From contig NC_057719.1 of the NCBI RefSeq assembly GCF_004010195.1, positions 43,392,732 to 43,456,731 on the forward strand: a stretch of 64,000 bases of DNA, written 5' to 3'. This stretch comes from Chiloscyllium plagiosum (Eukaryota). This document shows positions 26,811-37,044 of this stretch, piece after piece (position 1 is the stretch's first letter; every line of letters begins with the position of its first letter). The notes below the pieces were generated by a model that worked only from the letters and a program-made list of their open reading frames with translations, had not been told where the DNA came from and searched no databases. The position numbers and the translations under genes are program-made.

Positions 26811-27414
26811 TTAATCAGGGATAGTCAGCATGGATTTATTTCGAGAGGGTTGTATTTGAGAAATTTGATCAAATATTTTGAGGAGTTAACTAGGAATACT
26901 GAAGAGGGCAATGCATTTGATGTGGTATTTTTACTGTGTGTCTTGAAATAATTGTTGATTTCCTCACCACCTGCCACAGGCTCATTCTGGCATCTCTGTT
27001 TTGCAGGATTCAGCGCATTTGGTCAGTAAAGATACAACCAAGGTGAACAATGAAATCTTCCAGCTTGTGTACATTCTGTGCCCTTGCCACCCTTAAAGCT
27101 TTTTCCAATTGGTGTTCAGCATAGAGGAATACTGATTTAGATTCATCAGCAGCTGCTGGGGCGGGGGGTGTTCTAGGATATGGCCAGTGATGGTAATGCT
27201 GCTTGCCGCGTGGTACATAGTCACATCACAGAATCACAACAGACTGTAAGGCTATTGATCGAGTATATTGTGCAACAACTCTCCAAATGTTGGCACAAGC
27301 CTTCAGCAGTCGGTAGGTTAGACTTATTCCTAAACAATGTAATGGAAGTTCAATGAAGAAGGAAAGTGTTATTTCAGTATGATTTCACATTGTACCACGA
27401 GATACTTTCTTTAC

Positions 27415-27518
27415 CTTAGAATTTAACAAATCTAAAGCAGGCTTATTTCGTTGAGGAAGAGGTGGAGGAGTAGATGAATCTTCACTTGAAGTATGATAAC
27501 TTGAACTTGAGTGAGGTT
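27415..27518 (-). CDS. SOS2: SOS2 exon 22
   Basis: tttccag|AA; PHSSSSYHTSSEDSSTPPPLPQRNKPALDLLNSK; AAG|GTAAAG; 104 nt. Confidence 0.88.
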
Positions 27519-27834
27519 CTGGAAACAGAGTGAAAGCAGAGATTAAACTCCAATCATTTATTTCATGTTTACATTTTAGTGGCTCAACAGCTCCAGCAAT
27601 AACTTGCATCTATATAGCCCTTTGTAACTTGGAAAATGCTCTAAAAGAAAGTAATTTCACAATCGGTGCCAAAAACTCATACTGACCTGCAAGAGAAATG
27701 CAAGACAGGGTGAAGGAGGTGAATTTTAACAAGGCTATCCAAGAAGAGGAGGAGAAGCAACAAGAAAGAGTTTGGTCAGGAATTACAAAACATGGGGCTT
27801 CAGCAACTGATAACATCACCTTCAGATAGTGAGG

Positions 27835-29210
27835 CAAAGGAGTGCAAGGTTAAAGGTGGATAAATCCCCTGGACCAGATCAAGTGTACCCGAGAACTCTG
27901 TGGGAAGCTAGAGAAGTGATTGATGGGGCCTCTTTCTGAGATATTTGTATCATCGATAGTCACAGGTGAGGTGCCGGAAGACTGGAGGTTGTCCAACGTG
28001 GTGCCACTGTTTAAGAAGGGCGGTAAAGACAAGCCAGGGAACTATAGACCGGTAAGCCTGACCTCAGTGGTGGGCAAGTTGTTGGAGGGAATCCTGAGGG
28101 ACAGGATGTACATGTATTTGGAAAGGCAAGGACTGATTAGGGATAGTCAACATGGCTTTGTGCATGGGAAATCATGTCTCAGTTGTGAAACTTGAAAGGG
28201 TTCAGAATAGAATTACAAGGATGTTGACAGGGTTGGAGGATCTGAGNNNNNNNNNNNNNNNNNNNNNNNNNNNNNNNNNNNNNNNNNNNNNNNNNNNNNN
28301 NNNNNNNNNNNNNNNNNNNNNNNNNNNNNNNNNNNNNNNNNNNNNNNNNNNNNNNNNNNNNNNNNNNNNNNNNNNNNNNNNNNNNNNNNNNNNNNNNNNN
28401 NNNNNNNNNNATAAATGTGAGGTGCTGCATTTTGGGAAAGCAAATCTTAGCAGGACCTATACACTTAATGGTAAGGTCCTAGGGAGTGTTGCAGAACAAA
28501 GAGACCTTGGAGTGCAGGTTCATAGCTCCTTGAAAGTGGAGTCACAGGTAGATAGGATAGTGAAGAAGGTGTTTGGTATGCTTTCCTTTATTGGTCAGAG
28601 TATTGAGTACAGGAGCTGGGAGGTCATGTTGTGGCTGAACAGGACATTGGTTAGGCCACTGTTGGAATATTGCGTGCAATTCCGGTCTCCTTCCTATCGG
28701 AAAGGGGCTGTGAAACTTGAAAGGGTTCAGAAAAGATTTACAAGGATGTTGCCAGGGTTGGAGGATTTGAGCTACAGGGAGAGGCTGAACAGGCTGGGGC
28801 TGTTTTCCCTGGAGCGTCGGAGGCTGAGGGGTAACCTTATAGAGATTTACAAAATTATGAGGGACATAGATAGGATAAATAGACATAGTCTTTTCCCTGG
28901 GGTGGGGGAGTCCAGAACTAGAGTGCATACGTTTGGGGTCAGAGGGGAAAGATATAAAAGAGACCTAAGGGGCAACTTTTTCACAGAAGGTGGTACATGT
29001 ATGGAATGAGCTGCCAGAGGATGTGGTGGAGGCTGGTACAATTGCAACATTTAAGAGGCATTTTGATGGGTATATGAATAGGAAGGGTTTGGAGGGATAT
29101 GGGCTAGGTGCTGGCAGGTGGGACTAGATTGGGTTGGGATATCTGGTTGGCATGGACAGGTTGGACCGAAAGATCTGTTTCCATGCTGTACATCTCTATG
29201 ACTCTATGAT
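27835..29210 (+). mobile_element. CR1 (HER1-like) LINE spanning an assembly gap
   Basis: VPEDWRLSNVVPLFKKGGKDKPGNYRPVSLTSVVGK, RPLLEYCVQF; CTCTATGA tail. Confidence 0.92.
28247..28410. other. Assembly gap (164 N)
   Basis: Run of N. Confidence 1.
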
Positions 29211-30685
29211 TATACACTAAAGCCAGTGTCAGAGAAACAGTGAGAATGTTTCTTGGATTAGAGAAGGTTAGAGGTAGGGGAAAGGCCTTTGAGAGTTTTA
29301 AACACAAGAATATATTGAGGAATAATGACAAGGAATTTTAAATTTGCAACATTGAGGGACCTTACGTCCATGTTGGTCATCATTAGCTGACATAGAAGGT
29401 AAGTGGAATGAGGTGAGGAATAAGATATTAGAAGTAGAGTTTTAAATGAACTGAATCTTACAGAAGGAAACTGAACAGCACTGAAACAGCTTCGTAGAAC
29501 AAAAATACCAACATGATAAAGGCATGAGTGGAAGATGTCCAAAGGCACGAAGCAAGTGGGTGATATTACAGTTTTGGTGTTGGGGAGCACATGGAGTAAA
29601 ACAAACATTAAACTTTAACTCAAAAAGGATGCAAACTGCCTAGTTCATCTTGAGCAAAGAACCAGGAAAGACAGGTGGAATCATGAGGTTATGGAGCCTG
29701 GGGTTTGCTGAAGTTAATAGTTTTGAACTTTACAATATTTCATTCAAGAAAAGTTTGGCCCAGTTACAACTAGATACTAGATACTAAGAGCATCTTTAGA
29801 AGAGGTGAAGAGAGACAGTCGAGAGTCTATATCATTACCATATATGTGCAGACTGATCCCCATATTTCCCAATCATGTTGCCAAATGGTAGCATCTGAAC
29901 CGGAAGATGACAAAGCCCAAACTTTCCTCACTTTCTCCAAAGCCCAAAGGTAGATCTATTGCGATTCAAAAGTAATGACACAACGGCAGGAAGACAGGCC
30001 ATTGCTAGAAATGCACTGATTACAATTTGATACACGAGTGTAAAACCAAATGAGGGCAATCCCATTAATCTGACATTGGAAGAAATTAAGTCAGTGTCAA
30101 AACCTGCGGAGATTTTAATGAATGTAGCCAGTCAATGACAATGTCATTTATGACGTTATTTAGGTTATTTTTGGTGGTGTGGCAGGGATAGAATCTAAAT
30201 AAAGATTCAAACAATGAGCTGTGGGGGTGGAAATACAGGCATAGTTTTGGAAGGGAAGAATACAATTAAGGATACAAAAAAAGGAAATCTGGAAAGAGGC
30301 ATAATAGCTTTCAATAACAGAAAGACCAAGGATTAAAGCAAAATATTGCAGATGCTGAAAATCTACAACAACCACAGAGAAACTCAGCAGATCTGGCTGC
30401 ATCTGTGGAGACAGAAACAGAATTAACATTTTGAGTATGGTTTACAGAATCAAGGAAAAGACTTTTGAGCAGGTGGCTGCTGATAGTTTTTAAAGGGGAA
30501 CCAGAAAGTGGAAGAATCATATGTGACATAGCTAGCACAGAAGACAATTAGATGGTGAACAGCTTATGAGAATGGGGAGCAAATTTGATTGATGAATTAT
30601 CTTAAAAAAAGGAACAGGAAAGAGAAACTAGAGCAAGATGCAGGGATAAGGGGAGACTGAGGAGAAGTTTTGTTTGATAAGCACA

Positions 30686-30995
30686 GGCGGCACGGTGGCA
30701 CAGGGGTTAGCACTGCTGCCTCACAGCGCCAGGGACCCCGGTTCAATTCCCGCCTCAGGCAACTATCTGTGTGGAGTTTGCATGTTCTTCGTGTCTGCAT
30801 GGGTTTCCTCCGGGTGCTCTGGTTTCCTCCCACAAAGATGTGCAGGTTAGGTGAATTGGCCATGCTAAATTGCCCATAGTGTTAGGTGAAGGGGTAAATG
30901 TAGGTGAGTGGGTCTGGGTGGGTTGCTTTTCGGAGGGTCGGTGTGAACTTGTTGGGCCGAAGGGCCTGTTTCCACACTAAGTAATCTAATCTAAA
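30686..30995 (+). mobile_element. Full-length HE1-like SINE
   Basis: A box TGGCACAGGGG, B box GGTTCAATTCC (30740-30750), CR1-like tail GGGCCGAAGGGCCTGTTTCC, (TAATC)n end. Confidence 0.88.
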
Positions 30996-32472
30996 AAAAC
31001 AACGATCTAAGTATGGTTTTAGTCTTAGTGGCAAAGAACCCCATAAGAACATAAAAGAAATGGGTTTATTGTGTGTTTACCTTCGAATAGATTAGCTAAC
31101 AGAGCAACAAATACTCAGAATTTGAAACTGCATCAGCAAGAAATGAAGGTGAGAGTAGCAAGAATAAATGTTCTTAACCTACTGGATGGTGGCAGCAGGA
31201 CAGATGCAAAAATGGTGTTACTACCTGTAAAAGAAAATGACAAATGGTTTAAAAATGTCACCAGCAATTAAGTTGTAATCATATTTAAGTTATACAAGAA
31301 CTGCAATATGTGGCCATGTTTTAGGATACAGTGATTTATATAAATGGATTGTCTAAAACTTGAAACTTTTAAATTCTATTCTGCATAACACAATTAAGTT
31401 ATAAATTATGTTCGATGGTGTAAATTCTGCCAATCCTGCCTCAGTGAATGTCACATATTTCAACATCAAAGTAATATAACTATTAAGTTGTCTGATCTCC
31501 CACCCAGCCTGACCTGGAGACAACAGTAGTCTCAGTCTGAACCAGGGAGAGAAGCACTTTGGGGATTGGTAAGTGTAAGATAGCAGGATAAACAGGGGAA
31601 CTGAGCTTCAGAAATGAAATTAACAACCTTTGGATCTTCAGAGAAGTGATGGCTCAAAACATTAATAAACAAGAAATTGCTGGAAATTGTTTTAAGAGTT
31701 TTTTTTTAAACAGTAGTTTGGTGTTACAGCGAGATTTAATACTTTTTATCTCAAACGTTAATCTTTTTCACAGTCCTCTATAGAAGGTTTTAAGCTTAAT
31801 ATTTAGCTGGGTCAGAAGGTATTAGGGTGACCAACAAGCCAACATGAAATATAATACTATATGACATAGCAGTTAATTTATGACAGTTTGGTTGATCTTG
31901 GGCATAGTCAGTGTTAAAGACTAGTCTAATTCATTTAACACATCTGTTATTTCAGCAAAATAGAACTATTTTTCAAATACTTATGTCACAGCTTTGTTTA
32001 TTGTGCCACCTGGCACATGTAGGAAGTGACACAAGCCTTTTAATTCAATATGTAATTTTTAGTATCTGCATAACGTTACAGCTCTAGTGTTGATGTAAAC
32101 CTATGCTTTGCATTAGGATTCAATACTTGCTAACTTAATGCAACAAAATGAACAGTAACAGTACACTTTAATTTCACTAAGTGAATGCAACTAAATGAAG
32201 GAAGCCACGTAAAGTAAATTCTCTTCAGTGCCATTTCATTGTAATTATCGGAGCAGATCATGAGAATGATCAAACATTTTGTTTTGGATATCAAGCAATG
32301 AAAAATGTATTCAAATTTATTAAAATCAGATGAATGCAATTATCTGTTAATCAACCACAGCCAGACAAAAGCAGTATTGTTACAATTAGTAAGCAGATGC
32401 TGTTGAGTCAAGAAACAAAAGCAAGCCAACAGCATGAGTGGACATTAAAAAACCCAGCATGAGCTGCCATAC

Positions 32473-32526
32473 CAGCACCAATGTGAACAGGAGCAAAGAT
32501 CGTGGAACAGACTGAACTTGAACTAC
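32473..32526 (-). CDS. SOS2: SOS2 exon 21 (small symmetric exon)
   Basis: tcttctgcag|GT...SSSSVCSTIFAPVHIGA G|GTATGG; IFAPV matches SOS2 SIFAPV; 54 nt, phase 1-1. Confidence 0.8.
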
Positions 32527-32617
32527 CTGCAGAAGACACAGGAATAAATGAAAGTAAAAGCACAACAGCTAGAAAATCAGCCACACTTAATGTGTCTAAT
32601 TTCTGCAATGCACGTAA

Positions 32618-32834
32618 GTCAAGAGTATGTTGCTGGGAAAGCATAGCAGATCAGGCAGCATCCAAGGAGCAGGAGAATCGACATTTCGGGCATAATCCCT
32701 TCATCCTGATGAAGGGCTTATGCCCAAAATGCCGATTCTCCTGCTCCTCGGATGCTGCCTAACCTGCTGTGCTTTCCCAGCAACACACTCTCGACTCTGA
32801 TCTCCAGCATCTGCAGTCCTCACATTCTCCTCCC
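32618..32834. mobile_element. Palindromic PLE-derived element with 10-bp TSD
   Basis: Inversion centre CCCTTCATC-CT-GATGAAGGG (CTGATGA at 32706-32712); TSD ATGCACGTAA 32608-32617 / 32835-32844. Confidence 0.88.
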
Positions 32835-33260
32835 ATGCACGTAACCAAATATTTACTAATCATTGTATTTCCAGTAAGGCAATTTTCAATTTTAAAATTA
32901 ATTTTAACCGTTTCTCCTTAAAATACCAGCATTAGCTGAGAAAACATCAGGTCAAAGATTAGATTGGTTTTCCAGTGCCTCAATGTCTTCTTGTGTACAA
33001 ACAAACTGATGTTTCAGCACATACTTCAAATTAAATCTGCAACCATCTGGTCTGTTAGTAAATTAGTCAGTGTCATGACCTATGTGATTTCTGTGGCGCT
33101 ATGAGGAACACACTCAATGATTTTGAAATTTTCTTCAAAAAGATGTCTTGAGTCACATACTTGTCACTTGAAACTTTAAGGTTTTAGAAGGGCAGCTTAC
33201 TTAAGTTTATTAACCCAGTATCAATATTAATGACATGTTACAGAACAAAATGACACTCAC

Positions 33261-33507
33261 TGGTAGGGCTGGAAACATCTCCATCAAACACATTGAACTC
33301 AGGAGAAGCAAATACACTTGGAGTTGATGGTGTATTTGGGGAGTTTGGGATAGACAATGTTGAATCATTTTCAGTTTCAGGAATTCTGCTGAAGCTGATC
33401 TTGCATGGTTCCTGTATAGGATTCTTTGGGATTGCAGAGGTAGAGGCATGCCTTGAGGGATTTGGTCTTATTCCTGGAGACTTTAAGGAATATGATGTTT
33501 TTCTTGG
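33261..33507 (-). CDS. SOS2: SOS2 exon 20
   Basis: [20 protein letters not shown]...[14 protein letters not shown]...[10 protein letters not shown]...; ctctttag| and A|GTGAGT; 247 nt. Confidence 0.92.
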
Positions 33508-34499
33508 CTAAAGAGAAAAGGTAAATAAGATTATTGTCACTGCTAAAGTTAACATCACTTCTTGCAGAATAGTAAAATATAACTGATACCTGATCCAATA
33601 ATATTAACACTTTTAGATCGCATGAAGAAAAGGTACTGTAGTAGACATACCCAGCAACAATGTTGGGTTATTTCATTCCTCATTCCCAATACCCTTAGTG
33701 TTTTTTTTTATTTTTGTGCCTTCTCAGCACAGATGGAGAATACAAGTGATGTCAGATTTTGATGGGACTGCTCATTGGTTGAACTCCTTCAGAACAAAGT
33801 CATAACTCATTAAATAAAATTATTTTCATCATTTTGAACTACAAAACTCATTATTTTTAATCAGAACCCTACAAATAATGTCTCAAGGCTAAACAAAAGA
33901 ACAGAAGAATTCAGGATCTGGAGTTTTATCAAACTGTCACAATGTCAGGACAAATTGTTTTCTTCAATAAAGGTAATCTAGTGATGGATTCCCTACCCAT
34001 TCTTGAGAAGACTCAATTGGAAAGGTGGTTTCCACATGATTTGCTCGTCCAGCATAGATACTGGTATGGATAAATGATATAATTCCATTCAATTTAGTAT
34101 TATTCCTTAGGCAAGAGGAAACTTAATATTTCCACAAAACGCAAAGAAAGTTTACTTTTGGCTGATCAGTCAGCAACACTGCTATTATCCAGCAATGATA
34201 TCTGGATAATAAGAATAATCACTTTTTAAGTAAACTATTTTCATGATATAACAACATGATTTTAGCATTCACTAGAAAAACATTAAGATTTGAAGTCCAT
34301 CATTTGTTGTGAAGAAATCAATCTTACAGAAGGTGCAACTATGAAATATTATAAATTCACTGAGATATAGGTTTACATTGTATATAGATGAACACAGCGA
34401 GTTACTATATTCTCATAACTTTACAGAAAGTTAACTACTGAAAGAATTCCAATTTACTGTAACATGTAACAATCTAAACAATCATAGCGAAAAAAGGAG

Positions 34500-35350
34500 A
34501 TGGTTGAGATAATGGATGCCAGGACCAGATGGCACGTATCAGAAGCTGCTGAACAATGCAAGAGTGGGAATTAAGAGATCCTGACCTTGGTGCTGAAAGA
34601 TAAAAGAATTGTAAAAGCTACATTGCTTTTCAAAAAAAAAGGGGACAAGGATAAACATAGCAACTATGGGGGAGTCAGTTCAACCTTATTGGTGGAAAAG
34701 TGTATTGAATCAAGAATCCAGGATAAAATTAACAATCACTTAGACAAGAATGGATTATTTAAGGAATACCATCATGGATTTGGTAAAAACAAATTGTGGG
34801 CAACTAACCTGTTTGAGATTTTTTTGATGCGGTAATAGAGAAGGTTGAAAGTGTAAAGTAGTTGATATGGTATACATGGATTTCAAGAAGTGTTTTATAA
34901 TAGATTATGATATATATTATATATAACATGTATAAAATATAATAGAATTTCCAGCAAAGTTGAACTCCATGGAATTAAAACTAAACAGTGACAACACAGA
35001 TACAAAATTAGCTAAGTTACAGGAAACAAAATAGTGGTGGATGGCTTGTATGTAGAATGAACTGCCAGAGGAAATGGCGGACGCAGGTACAGTAACAACA
35101 TTTAAAAGCCATTTGGACAGCTACATGAATAGGAAAGGTTGAGGGGGATATGGGCCAAATACAGGCAAGTTGGACTGGTTTAGTTTGGGAAACTTGGTCA
35201 GCATGGATGAGTTGGATCGAAGAGTGTTTCCATGCAAATGACTCTAATACTCTATGGTAAGCCTATGGAATTCTCTATCACAGAAAGCAGTCAAGGCCAA
35301 AACATTGAATGTTTTCAAAAAGGGTTTGGATATAGTTCTTAGGGCCAAAC
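34500..35350 (+). mobile_element. Degenerate CR1 fragments
   Basis: LLFKKKGDKDKHSNY...HHGF..TNLFE pattern and a CR1 tail at ~35200-35255. Confidence 0.7.
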
Positions 35351-35358
35351 GGATTAAA

Positions 35359-35607
35359 CCCTCCAAAGAGTAACCCACCCAGACCATTTCCCTCTGACTA
35401 TTGCACCTAACACTATGGCCAATTTAGCACAGCCAATTCACTTGACCTGCACATCCTTGGACTGTGGGAGGAAGCTAGAGCACCTGCAGGAAACCCACTT
35501 AGACACGGGGAGAATGAACCAACTCCACATAGACAGAGGCTGGAATCGAACCTGGGTCCCTAGTGCTGTGAGGCAGCAGTGCTAACCACTGAGCCAAATG
35601 CCGCCCC
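35359..35607 (-). mobile_element. HE1-like SINE (3'-truncated)
   Basis: A box TGGCTCAGTGG and B box GGTTCGATTCC on the minus strand. Confidence 0.8.
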
Positions 35608-35849
35608 AAATGCTATGGGGAGAAAGCAAGAACAAGGTAGGATCGAAGGCCAAATAGTTTACTCCTGCACCTATTTTCTACATTGCTGTATTTTTAAAAA
35701 GTGAATTAAGCAATAATGTTTAAATGTAAAACCAAGTGGCATACTTATCGACTTTAAGCCAATACCCTCAAATGAATGCAAATTGACTGATGTTCTTCTC
35801 CTCAACTAATGCGACTACTAAAACAAAATCAAAATTATGGGCAACTTAC

Positions 35850-35966
35850 AAAGCGTGGTGGCTGTTTGCAGTTTCGTGGTTCAATTACCAATGATTTGTT
35901 GAACAAATAGTCTGTAAACTCTTTTTCATTTCTGTTCTCCATTGGATTCAGATTTTCAAAGAATTT
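35850..35966 (-). CDS. SOS2: SOS2 exon 19
   Basis: [48 protein letters not shown]; 117 nt; preceded by a 111-nt intron. Confidence 0.95.
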
Positions 35967-36077
35967 CTATGCATTAACACAAACAGATCTTTAATGACTT
36001 TGTGAACTATGTAAAAAATTTATTCTAAAACTGGTAATAAAGGATGAACTTTATGAAAGAAGCACCAAAATAACTAC

Positions 36078-36250
36078 CTTTATGTCAGTCTCCACTTGTA
36101 GGCAGTAGGGCTGATTCTGATACTGTTGAATTTCGCCCGTGATTTCAGCTACTTTCCTTCGTTTGCTAAAATTTATTAGTTCTTTCCCGCATCGTTTTAG
36201 AAAATCTGGATTCCCCACTTCGGTTTTAAGAATATTTGTCAAGTAAATAC
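36078..36250 (-). CDS. SOS2: SOS2 exon 18 (CDC25 helical hairpin)
   Basis: [61 protein letters not shown] acceptor, donor GTAGTT; 173 nt. Confidence 0.95.
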
Positions 36251-36360
36251 CTTTGATCAGAAACAATTCATAAACATTGGTCTTAAAACTTGTCTCCAAT
36301 ATACTTAACTAATTATAAAATAAACTTATTTGGAAGCAACACCTTTTGAAGTGCTTAGGC

Positions 36361-36720
36361 TTACAAAATTATGAGGGGCATGAATAGGATAAATAGGCAA
36401 AGTCTTTTCCCTCGGGTCAGGGAGTCCAAAACTAGAGGGCATAGTTTTAGGGTGAGAGGGGAAAGATATAAAAGAGACCTAAGGGGCAACGTTTTCACAC
36501 AGAGGGTGGTACGTGTATGGAATGAGCTGCCAGAGGATGTGGTGGAGGCTGGTACAATTGCAACATTTAAGAGGCATTTGGATGGGTATATGAATAGGAA
36601 GGGTTTGGAGGGATATGGGCTAGGTGCTGGCAGGTGGGACTAGATTGGGTTGGGATATCTGGTCGGCATGGACAGGTTGGACTGAAGGGTCTGTTTCCAT
36701 GCTGTACATCTCTATGACTG
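36361..36720 (+). mobile_element. CR1 (HER1-like) 3' fragment nested in the PLE
   Basis: ORF 36371-36643 TRGHSFRVRGERYKRDLRGNVFTQRVV; CR1 tail. Confidence 0.9.
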
Positions 36721-37044
36721 TAGGTGGTTGTGGAGCAGGACCATAAGACACAGAATTTCTAGCAAAAGGTTACAGTATAATGCGGTTGAAATATATTAAA
36801 AAACTGATATTAAGTCTCACCTTTTTGAATGGTTTTCCTAGTTTTGGTTTGTTAATATGTAAATCCCAGAACTCCTTTGAAATCACATTCTCAAGATAAC
36901 TTCTGATTTTCTAACAAAATGTGTCATCTCAGCTCAGACGATGTATTAAAGGTGTGAGAATAATGTCTGTCTGTGTCCCAACCTTGAGACAGACTGGTTC
37001 GATTTCTGAATTGGGATTTACAGAATCTTACATGAATTAACTGT

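Larger units (their letters stand above)
23640..26930 (+). mobile_element. Degenerate long CR1 (ORF1 esterase-like region, APE, RT) interrupted by three younger insertions
   Basis: EQPV..IHIG / VISGL pattern, then LPEDWRTVNVVPLLKKEGRDRPGNYSPVSL (ORF 26472-26756). Confidence 0.7.

Noticed and set aside
30686..30760. tRNA gene
   Set aside because: The A/B boxes are the head of a SINE; no full cloverleaf or Pol III terminator
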